Assembly (NCBI GenBank): GCA_043809245.1
Contig: JAZDDZ010000055.1
Coordinates: 1 to 14,248 of the forward strand
Source: Candidatus Iainarchaeum sp.
GTDB lineage: Archaea; Iainarchaeota; Iainarchaeia; Iainarchaeales; JAZDDZ01
Reading direction: 5' to 3'
Length of the DNA: 14,248 nt
Position numbers and translations under genes: made by a program. Below are positions 1 to 6,758 of this stretch, piece by piece. The notes beneath the pieces were generated by a model. The model was not told the origin of the DNA, ran no database searches, and saw nothing but the letters and a program-made list of their open reading frames with translations. Within the stretch, counting starts at the first letter, position 1. Every line of letters starts with the position of its first letter.

Positions 1-2
1 AA

Positions 3-125
3 ATCACCAACGCAGCAAGCGAAGCATTCAACAACAAAATCGGTCTACTGAAAAGACGAGCATACGGTTACAAGGACTTGGAATACTTCAAACTCAAAAT
101 CATAAACTCATGCTGGAGGTCCTAA
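3..125 (+). CDS. ISL3-family transposase, C-terminal 40 aa (5'-partial)
   Basis: Frame +3 reads ITNAASEAFNNKIGLLKRRAYGYKDLEYFKLKIINSCWRS*. This fits the ISL3 C-terminal consensus TN-x-x-x-E-x-x-N-x-K-I-x-x-x-KRxAYG(Y/F)-x-x-x-x-YFxLKI. Confidence 0.9.
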   Translation: MTNAASEAFNNKIGLLKRRAYGYKDLEYFKLKIINSCWRS

Positions 126-140
126 ATATGCAGAAGAGCC
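121..140. repeat. Right terminal inverted repeat of the ISL3 element (inner boundary uncertain)
   Basis: Reverse complement is GGCTCTTCTGCATATTTAGG. The partner repeat is outside the window. Confidence 0.75.
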
Positions 141-843
141 CTATTTTTATTATCGTGTCACACACGCGGTCCAAAAAATATCTGTCGTGTGTGACTATTA
201 TTACGGTTCCTTTAAAGTCACGGACATAGTTTTCCAAAATATCAAGCCGCTTAAAATCCAGGTGATTTGTTGGCTCGTCAAGCAGCAATAAATCCGCATC
301 AGAAGATAAAACCCTGACAATGGCAATAACTGCGCGCTGTCCGGTGGAAAGCGATCCAATTGTCTGGTCCAGCCAGGCTTCTTGGACCTCAAAGGTTCGC
401 AAAATTGATTTAATTTTTGTTGAACCGGGTGTTTGCTGTTGAGCCATTTTTGCCTGCAGTTCAACGTAGCGGTCTGTTAGTTTGGTTAATTGCGCGTTAT
501 TGTTTTGATAAGTTGCTTGGTCTGAAAGTTTTTTTTCAATTGCATGCGATTCTTTTTCAAACTGGTTTGGATTATGCGTCGTAGCGCTTTCCTCAATGAT
601 TTGGCGCACAGTTTTGTGCGGGTCCAAATCAACGTGTTGTGAAAAATAGGCTGCTTTGCCAGTGAATTCAATCTCACCCGTGTAATCCGCTTGGCCCAAA
701 ATTGCTTTGAGAAAAGTTGTTTTTCCCACGCCGTTTCTGCCAATGAGCCCGACTTTGGAGCCGTCTGCGATTCCCACACTTTCATCAAGAAATAGTTCTT
801 TTTTGCCAATGGAAATAGAAATTTTTTTTATTGAAAGAGGCAT
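141..843 (-). pseudogene. ABC-F family ATPase, N-terminal half, interrupted by ISL3
   Basis: Walker A GRNGVGKT, helical arm insert, signature LSTGQ, Walker B LLLLDEPTNHLD and H-loop VTHDRYFLD. After DTIIKI the ORF runs into the IS end, so GLFCIFRTSSMSL* (stop at 100) is IS-derived. The linker and second ABC domain are missing. Confidence 0.85.
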
Positions 844-868
844 ATTAAAATATCATTTATGCAATTCA

Positions 869-875
869 TTTAAAA
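869..875 (-). promoter_or_regulatory. Candidate TATA box for the ABC-F gene (leaderless geometry)
   Basis: TTTTAAA on the minus strand, 25 nt upstream of ATG 843, with no SD motif. Confidence 0.45.
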
Positions 876-893
876 CATGAAAATGCGGTTTGG

Positions 894-907
894 TTTAATG
901 CATTAAA
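894..907. promoter_or_regulatory. Perfect 14-bp palindrome in a divergent intergenic region
   Basis: TTTAATGCATTAAA. Confidence 0.35.
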
Positions 908-970
908 ATTAATGGTTTGGCGAGGGCACATTTTTATTTCTTTTGCTCTTTTCTCTGTAAGGTGTAAAAA

Positions 971-1261
971 ATGGTCTGCTATGCTATCCCCTTATCTTTG
1001 TCTGTAATCCTTTTCGCGCTTAGAAAGCGCGCCATCAAGGACAGCAGCGAGCTGCATTGGCTTAACCTGATGCTTAGCGGCGGCGCGGTAATGCTTGTAA
1101 TAGACCATTTCTGGAACGGCGAGCTATTCCTTATAGGGGAAAACCTTTTCTCAGACTTATTGCTTGGCGTGCTCATGACAGCAGGGGTTTTCGTGTTCTG
1201 GGGAATCATGATTGCGGCGGGAAAAGCAAAGGCACCGGCACCGGTGAAAGCAAAGGCTTGA
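971..1261 (+). CDS. Small hypothetical membrane protein (about 3 TM)
   Basis: GGTG SD at 961-964, three hydrophobic segments, a DHFWNGEL motif and a basic Ala/Lys/Pro tail. Confidence 0.8.
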   Translation: MVCYAIPLSLSVILFALRKRAIKDSSELHWLNLMLSGGAVMLVIDHFWNGELFLIGENLFSDLLLGVLMTAGVFVFWGIMIAAGKAKAPAPVKAKA

Positions 1262-1277
1262 ATTTCTTTGTTGCGGC

Positions 1278-1844
1278 TCATTTCCTTGAATAAACAGTGA
1301 AGTGCTGCTCCGGCAAAAAATCAAATTCCTTTTCAAGCGAATAGCCTGCCTGCTTCATTTCCTGCATAATTATCTTTTTCTTTACGCTGTGGCCGAACAA
1401 GCCATGGAAAGAAAAAAGGCCACGGGGTTTGTGCTCTATTACCGCTATTCTGCCATTGGATTTAAGGAAATTCCCCAGCTGCCTGAAATACTTTGCCCTT
1501 TCAGAGATGTGGTGTGTTGCATTTCGGATGAAAATCAGGTCAAGCAATTTTTCTGGAAGCCCCAATTTATTCTTTTCCGAGAGGACTATTGAAAGGTTCT
1601 TCAACCCTTTGCCTTCAGCGCTTTTTTTGATGAAATCCAAAAAGCTTTGGTTCACATCAACCGCGAAAACCTTTCCTTTTAAGCCGACTATTTCTGCGAA
1701 CCTCAAAGAAAAATATCCTCCGCCAGAACCAATGTCCGCAATGCTCTGCCCTTCCTTGAGGCCAAGCGCCTCAATTACCTTGTCAGGCTTGCTTTTCGGG
1801 CTTGCAGCCATTTCATTGAACATTTCCACCCGGGAGTTACTCAT
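1278..1844 (-). CDS. Class I SAM-dependent methyltransferase
   Basis: IADIGSGGGYF (motif I), VFAVDV, LDLIF and LKSNGRIAVIE. I prefer ATG 1844 over TTG 1859 because it overlaps the DUF134 stop and follows GGAGAGGGG. Confidence 0.9.
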   Translation of the reverse strand: MSNSRVEMFNEMAASPKSKPDKVIEALGLKEGQSIADIGSGGGYFSLRFAEIVGLKGKVFAVDVNQSFLDFIKKSAEGKGLKNLSIVLSEKNKLGLPEKLLDLIFIRNATHHISERAKYFRQLGNFLKSNGRIAVIEHKPRGLFSFHGLFGHSVKKKIIMQEMKQAGYSLEKEFDFLPEQHFTVYSRK

Positions 1845-2181
1845 TTGCCCCTCTCCCAAACCGCCTTCCGTGCCTTCCCCTGTGCCTTCCCACGAATTTA
1901 AAGCTGCCTCCTTCGATTCTCAGCGCCTTTCCGTTCACTATTGCGTCAACGATTTTTTTTCGCGCAGAGGAAAGCAGGCGGTGGAAGGTGGGCTGGGATA
2001 TGCCCATCTTTGAAGCGGCCTCTTCCTGTTCAAGGCCCTCCAAGTCATTCCACCTTACCGCCTCAAACTCTTCAACCGCAAGAATGCTTTCTTCCAGGTC
2101 AACCATTCTCACTCCCGCTGGCTTGAAGTAAGTTACACGCGGTTCCATTAGGACTTTCCTGAAAAGCCTTGGCCTTGGCAT
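1837..2181 (-). CDS. DUF134 (UPF0251) HTH DNA-binding protein
   Basis: MPRPR...YFKPAG, EEFEAVR, QEEAASKMGISQPTFHRLLSSARKKI and GKALRIEGG, with an Arg/Gly/His-rich tail. Confidence 0.92.
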   Translation of the reverse strand: MPRPRLFRKVLMEPRVTYFKPAGVRMVDLEESILAVEEFEAVRWNDLEGLEQEEAASKMGISQPTFHRLLSSARKKIVDAIVNGKALRIEGGSFKFVGRHRGRHGRRFGRGANE

Positions 2182-2190
2182 TTTTTTGCA

Positions 2191-2412
2191 CTATTCCCCG
2201 AGCTCCTTCAGCTCTTTCTCTATATCCTCTTTTTCCGCTTTCAGTATTTTAACCCTTTCCTCTTTGGAAAGCTCCAAAGGCATTCCCCTGAAGCCATATC
2301 CAAAGCCCCTTCCGCGGCCGCGCCTTAAAGCACGGCCTCTTCCGCATGAGCCAAAACCCCTTCCGGTAAAAGCACCGGCTCCCATAGGGCCGGTTCCATC
2401 ATTTCCAGGCAT
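2191..2412 (-). CDS. DUF5320-family protein
   Basis: MPGNDGTGPMGAG..TGRGFGSC, an RG-rich middle and a C-terminal coiled coil. SD AGGAGGTGA lies just upstream. Confidence 0.88.
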   Translation of the reverse strand: MPGNDGTGPMGAGAFTGRGFGSCGRGRALRRGRGRGFGYGFRGMPLELSKEERVKILKAEKEDIEKELKELGE

Positions 2413-2437
2413 AATAAATTCACCTCCTTTAATTCAG

Positions 2438-2512
2438 TCATTTGCAGGAACCCTTCTTCCTGCCTGTTTTTCGGCCCTTTCCATCAGGGCCTGTTCCGTC
2501 TTTATTGGGCAT
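2438..2512 (-). CDS. Unannotated 24-aa DUF5320-like peptide MPNKDGTGPDGKGRKTGRKKGSCK
   Basis: ATG at 2512, TGA at 2438-2440, SD AAGGAGG just upstream. Aligns without gaps to the N-terminus of the adjacent DUF5320 protein. Confidence 0.85.
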   Translation of the reverse strand: MPNKDGTGPDGKGRKTGRKKGSCK

Positions 2513-2526
2513 TTCCAAAGCCTCCT

Positions 2527-2581
2527 TTTTGAATTAATATTCAAAACCATATAATGAATAGGTATTCATAATGTTTAAAAA
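2527..2581 (-). promoter_or_regulatory. Promoter with two TGAAT-N4-ATTCA palindromes (putative operators)
   Basis: TTTTGAAT-TAAT-ATTCAAAA (2527-2546) and ATGAATA-GG-TATTCAT (2554-2569). TATA box TTTTTAAA on the minus strand at 2574-2581. Confidence 0.7.
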
Positions 2582-2605
2582 CCTTATGTCGGGAGAAAAC
2601 AGTTC

Positions 2606-2641
2606 AAAAACCACGTGAGCAGGCGTACTGCTTCCCGCACG
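2606..2641 (-). terminator. Possible stem-loop plus T-run after the EamA gene
   Basis: Minus strand reads CGTG-cggga-AGCAG-tacgc-CTGCT-CACG-tgg-TTTTT. Confidence 0.4.
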
Positions 2642-2656
2642 CAAAAGCATCCGGCT

Positions 2657-3559
2657 TTAACCCTTGTTTTTGTATTGAATCAGAATTCCGCTGACGATTA
2701 TAACAAGTGCCGCAATTGAGATGATTGAAATAGCCTCGTTGTTAAGAAGATATGTCCAGGCCAATGCCAGGAACGGGACGGCATATACCCCATTAGCCAT
2801 CCTGTGCGTGTGCCCGAGCTCAAGTGCCTTGAACCAGAATACAAATGCCAAGGAGTTCGCAAATCCACCCAAAAAAATTACTGCAGCTATTGTTTCAATT
2901 TTTGCTGGCAAAACAATTCCTCCAAGAAGATAAACCGCAACTATAACTGGAATCATTGACGAAAGATAGTAAACCAACATGCTTGTGTAGCTCTCGAAAT
3001 GCACTTTTTTTCCAAGCACAGAGAAAAGGCCGTAACAAACCGCGGCAGCGGCAGCAAGCATATAACCAAAAGTGTACTCGTTTGCAAAAGCCGCCAGATC
3101 CCCTTGGGTGAAGATCAATAATGCCCCAAAGAAACTGAGCAATATTGCAGTTATTGTTTTAAGATTGAATTTTTCTTTAAGCAGGAGGATGGAAAAAATT
3201 ACGACAAAAATAGGCCACAAGTAATTGATTATATTTGCCTGCCCTGCAGGGGCAAGCGTAAAGCTTTCATACAAAAATACATAGTATAAAAAGAGCCCTA
3301 AAACCCCCATGAAGAACATTTTAACATAATCGGATTTTTTGTATTCTAAGAAATGGTGCAATTTTTTTTGGATCAGAACAGCAAAAGAGAGGGAAATTAG
3401 CCCAACCAGATTTGCATAAAGAAGCAGCTGAAAATCATTTAGCTCGCCCAACGCAATCTTTGCAGCAGCAGGAGTGCCAGACCATAAAATAATAGTCAGC
3501 AAAAGATAGGCATAAGCCAATTTACTGTCCGACATAATTATCTTATTGAATTGAATCAT
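2657..3559 (-). CDS. EamA/DMT family transporter (about 10 TM)
   Basis: Two EamA repeats: ILWSG...AKIAL and NYLWPIFVVIFSILLLKEK, then CYGLFSVLGK and AFVFWFKAL. ATGA overlap with the decarboxylase stop. ATG 3535 is an alternative start. Confidence 0.92.
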   Translation of the reverse strand: MIQFNKIIMSDSKLAYAYLLLTIILWSGTPAAAKIALGELNDFQLLLYANLVGLISLSFAVLIQKKLHHFLEYKKSDYVKMFFMGVLGLFLYYVFLYESFTLAPAGQANIINYLWPIFVVIFSILLLKEKFNLKTITAILLSFFGALLIFTQGDLAAFANEYTFGYMLAAAAAVCYGLFSVLGKKVHFESYTSMLVYYLSSMIPVIVAVYLLGGIVLPAKIETIAAVIFLGGFANSLAFVFWFKALELGHTHRMANGVYAVPFLALAWTYLLNNEAISIISIAALVIIVSGILIQYKNKG

Positions 3560-4758
3560 TTATTAACGTGCACCACTTTCGCCGGCGGAAAGCCGTTGAA
3601 GTAGCTCGCAGAAGCCATTGTGTACGCGCCAATGTTTTCAGCGTAAACCAAGTCATGCAACTCTAAATCAGGCAGCTCTGCCTGCTGCGTGATTGTGTCA
3701 AAGGCGTCACAAGTCGGGCCAAAAACCGCGCTAATGTGCTTTTCGCCTTCCTTGAATGCGTGAATGGGGTAAATGCAGTGGTCGAATACCTGCCCTGAAA
3801 AAGTGTGGTATACTCCGTCGTTGATGTAATAACACGGCTTGCCGTCGCGGTTTGCCAAACCGATTACTTTTGCGACAAGCGTGCATGCGTTTGCGGCAAT
3901 GAACCTTCCGGGCTCTGCGAGAATCTCCATATCCTTGGGAAAAATCCTCCCTATTTCTGAATTAAGTTTTTTCGCAAGCGTGCGGAAAGACTTCACCTTT
4001 GAATTATATTTTACCGGGAAGCCTCCGCCGATGTCCAAAATCTTTATCCTCTGCCCTGCCCTTGTTTCAGCCTCTTTTATTATGTTCGCGGAAAGCTGCA
4101 GCGCCTGGACATAGTTTTCGAAATTAGTGCACTGGCTGCCAACGTGAAAGCTTAAGCCCTCAACAACAGCGCCTGAATCAAATGCCTCAACTATCAAATC
4201 AACTGCTTCACCCGGGTCTGCGCCGAACTTGGAGCTTAATTCAACCATCGAACCGGTGTTTGGCACGCGAATCCTTAACACAAGGCCTGCGTGCGGCGCA
4301 AACTGCCTTATTTTTTTCAGCTCTGCTGTGTTGTCAAACGTAACCAATGGCTTGAATTTGTCCAATGCCTGCAGAGTTTCAATCGGCTTAATCGTGTTCG
4401 CGTAAATTATTTTGTCCCAGATAAAGTCCTGCCTTTCCCTGTCAGGCAAATCCTTTATGTTCTCGTATACAAGCATGAATTCAGGCATTGAGGCAACGTC
4501 AAAGCTTGCGCCTTCCTTGTACAGTGTCCTAACAATCTCAGGGTCTGAATTGGCTTTCACCGCATAGTATGCCTGCACTTTCGGCAGGTTCTCTTTGAAT
4601 TCGCGGTAATTCCGCCTTATCTTTTCATGGTCGATTACAAAAATCGGCGTTCCATTTTGCCTTGCAAGTTCCTGTAAAAGAAATTTCTCTTTTTCATCAA
4701 TGTGCGGAACTCCATTAACCCTGACTTTTTTTTCCTCTTTCTGCCCTGCCTGCTCCAT
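3556..4758 (-). CDS. Fold-type III PLP-dependent ornithine (or lysine/ornithine) decarboxylase
   Basis: YAVKAN (PLP lysine), FDVAS, SKFG, FHVGSQ, DIGGGF, EPGRF, FDH specificity element, GPTCD, GAY and FNG. I prefer ATG 4758, which follows GGGGATG, over GTG 4812, which lies inside hss. Confidence 0.92.
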   Translation of the reverse strand: MEQAGQKEEKKVRVNGVPHIDEKEKFLLQELARQNGTPIFVIDHEKIRRNYREFKENLPKVQAYYAVKANSDPEIVRTLYKEGASFDVASMPEFMLVYENIKDLPDRERQDFIWDKIIYANTIKPIETLQALDKFKPLVTFDNTAELKKIRQFAPHAGLVLRIRVPNTGSMVELSSKFGADPGEAVDLIVEAFDSGAVVEGLSFHVGSQCTNFENYVQALQLSANIIKEAETRAGQRIKILDIGGGFPVKYNSKVKSFRTLAKKLNSEIGRIFPKDMEILAEPGRFIAANACTLVAKVIGLANRDGKPCYYINDGVYHTFSGQVFDHCIYPIHAFKEGEKHISAVFGPTCDAFDTITQQAELPDLELHDLVYAENIGAYTMASASYFNGFPPAKVVHVNK

Positions 4759-4778
4759 AACAATCATCCCCAAATTTT

Positions 4779-6224
4779 TCACGGTGTGAAAAGAAAGTTT
4801 TTGAACTGCCACACGTCCTTTTTGTCGGGCTTGCTCGCGGGATTTTCCTTGAAGTAAACCTTCCTGTTTCCAAGCGGAGTCCAGTCGCTTGGCTTTGAAA
4901 CAAACTCCCCCAAATATGGTTTTGAAATTTTTAAAACAAATTCATGCGGCAAATCATCCGGCAGGCAAAAGCCTTTCCTTGGGTTTTCAATTGCCCACAT
5001 CGCGGCGGCAATAACGCTGATTGCAACCTGAATCGTTGTCGCATTCTGCCCGGGCGCAAGTTTTCGCGATTCTTCAATCGTTAAAATGCTTCCAGCCCAC
5101 CAGGAATTGAATTCATGCCCCATCAAAAGCGCGCCTAAAATGTCAGCTCCGGAAGTGATTTCCTTGTCGTCCAGAATCCTGAGCTTTGGCTGCATTTCGT
5201 AATTCCTGCACCTGAGTTCATGCAGGGAGCTGATGGTTTCATCACAGGGCATGTAAGCGTAATGGACAGTGGGCCTGTAAATTGCCTTGCCGTTTTTCCA
5301 CACAGTCCAGCTGTCCGATAAGCCAAAGGCTTCTCCGTGCCTTATAACCATGCCCACAATCTCGTAGTCAGGCACCCAGGAGTGCACCCAGGTGTTTATT
5401 CCCATTTGCGCCAAAAAAATCTGGTTCTTCGGGCCCACAGGCGGATGATAAGCTAATGCGGGAAACTCTTTTTCATGCGTTCCCCAGCCCATTTCCGCTG
5501 GCGCTGTTCCCTCTTCCCTTAACCCTTCAATGCTCCATGTGCCGACAAATTCATTCACTTCTTTGGGCTTGTTGGTTATCTGCGTGTCCCTCTCCGAGCA
5601 ATGAATCACTTTAATGCCCAAATGCATTGCAAGCTCGCCGAACTTCTCCTCTTTGATGAGTTTCTCCAAAAGCGAGGGGTTTTTTGCCTTTTTTTCCTTA
5701 ATCAGTTTTCTTGCGATGTCAATTGCGCCCTGTTTTGCGAAGTGGGAGATTAAGCCGGGGTTTGCGCCGTGGTCAACAACAAAAGTTGTCGCGTTCTTCC
5801 AGTTTTTGCATAGCTCGCGCATCTTCATTTGCCTGAAGTAAAGCGATTTCTCGTAAGGTGAGGCATTGAACACGCCTTCCTTTGGGTCCCATTGTTCAAC
5901 GGAAGTGTTAACGTAAAGCACTTCATTGTCATGGCACCACTGCACTATGTCCCAGCACGCAATGTTCCAAGCCAAGTCAATGCATAATCCGCCTTTTTCA
6001 AGGTGCTGTGAAAGAATATCCGCCAAATTTTCCCGCGAAACCATTTGCTTGTGGTATTTTACGCCCTTTGAAATCCAGTGATTCAGTTCCTTGCTTTTGT
6101 CAGCAAAATCTATTACCGTAACGTTCTCAAACGGAACCTTTATGTGCTTGAACAGCAATGGCAGCGCGCACTTTGAGACAGCGCCATAGCCAATCATCAG
6201 GATTTTTTTATTGAAAGTATGCAC
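4779..6224 (-). CDS. hss: Homospermidine synthase
   Basis: Rossmann motif IGYGAV, YVNTSVEQW, HGANPGLISHF, HCSERDTQ, TWSIEGLREEG, AEMGWGTHE, YRPTVHYAY and NATTIQVA. Confidence 0.92.
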   Translation of the reverse strand: MHTFNKKILMIGYGAVSKCALPLLFKHIKVPFENVTVIDFADKSKELNHWISKGVKYHKQMVSRENLADILSQHLEKGGLCIDLAWNIACWDIVQWCHDNEVLYVNTSVEQWDPKEGVFNASPYEKSLYFRQMKMRELCKNWKNATTFVVDHGANPGLISHFAKQGAIDIARKLIKEKKAKNPSLLEKLIKEEKFGELAMHLGIKVIHCSERDTQITNKPKEVNEFVGTWSIEGLREEGTAPAEMGWGTHEKEFPALAYHPPVGPKNQIFLAQMGINTWVHSWVPDYEIVGMVIRHGEAFGLSDSWTVWKNGKAIYRPTVHYAYMPCDETISSLHELRCRNYEMQPKLRILDDKEITSGADILGALLMGHEFNSWWAGSILTIEESRKLAPGQNATTIQVAISVIAAAMWAIENPRKGFCLPDDLPHEFVLKISKPYLGEFVSKPSDWTPLGNRKVYFKENPASKPDKKDVWQFKNFLFTP

Positions 6225-6259
6225 CCCTAAACCCCACGCAAAGAAATAAATTGAAAATT

Positions 6260-6267
6260 TTTATATA
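6260..6267 (-). promoter_or_regulatory. Candidate TATA box for the hss operon
   Basis: TATATAAA on the minus strand, about 35 nt upstream of GTG 6224. Confidence 0.5.
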
Positions 6268-6305
6268 TGAATATGTTTGGCGCCGGGGAAAGCCTTTGTA
6301 AAAGT

Positions 6306-6617
6306 TCAGCAACTTAACAGCAAAAGTATGAATGAAGTGTTTTTCTCGGCTTTAAGGGAGTGCACTGCGTTTTTCTCCATGTGAATGAATGTGCCAGGCA
6401 GCATTGGAATGCTTTTGCCGCCTAAATTAAATGTCCCTTTTCCTTCAAGCACGAAGACAAATCCTTCTTTGGTAGAAGTGTGCTCAGATATGCCTGTGCC
6501 CCTGGCCAAACAGAAGAGAGTGACATCTTTGCCCTCTGTTTTTGGGAGTTTTTTGCTGAGCACTCCGCCTTTTGAATACTCGATGATTTTTTTCAGTTCT
6601 TCCCATTTCCCCGCCAT
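6306..6617 (-). CDS. Cupin-domain protein
   Basis: GTGISEHTS...FVLEGKGTF...PGTFIHMEKNAVHSLKA cupin motifs. Confidence 0.9.
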   Translation of the reverse strand: MAGKWEELKKIIEYSKGGVLSKKLPKTEGKDVTLFCLARGTGISEHTSTKEGFVFVLEGKGTFNLGGKSIPMLPGTFIHMEKNAVHSLKAEKNTSFILLLLSC

Positions 6618-6655
6618 TTCAATTGCCTCAAAATAATATAATACTGGTTAATTTG

Positions 6656-6734
6656 TTTATAAAGATTATTACTGATTAAAGCCCTCAACATGTAAAAAAA
6701 AGGCATCAAGCTTTAGAAGGAAAACCATTAAATA
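6656..6734. promoter_or_regulatory. Divergent promoters for the cupin and lipoprotein 1
   Basis: TTTATAAA at 6656-6663 (minus, cupin). GAAAACC-ATTAAATA (TATA at 6727-6734) lies 24 nt before ATG 6759. Confidence 0.55.
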
Positions 6735-6758
6735 CCACTTAATTCATTATTTTGTTTA

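Larger units (their letters stand above)
1..140 (+). mobile_element. Right end of an ISL3-family insertion sequence (left part lies outside the window)
   Basis: Encodes an ISL3 transposase C-terminus. Ends in ...GAAGAGCC (reverse complement GGCTCTTC, the typical ISL3 terminus) at 140, followed by AT-rich CTATTTTT, a candidate 8-bp target site. Confidence 0.9.

Noticed and set aside
100-140. C-terminal GLFCIFRTSSMSL as a real part of the ABC protein
   Set aside because: It is read-through into the ISL3 terminus.
201-809. Alternative minus-frame ORFs 201-464 and 486-809
   Set aside because: They are nested in the ABC-F gene and have no recognisable motifs.
979-2554. Antisense ORFs 979-1281, 1302-1592, 1429-2013, 1941-2126 and 2186-2554
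   Set aside because: They are shadows of well-supported genes on the opposite strand.
4759-4812. Extended decarboxylase N-terminus from GTG 4812
   Set aside because: It overlaps the end of hss; ATG 4758 has an SD-like sequence and gives a normal length.
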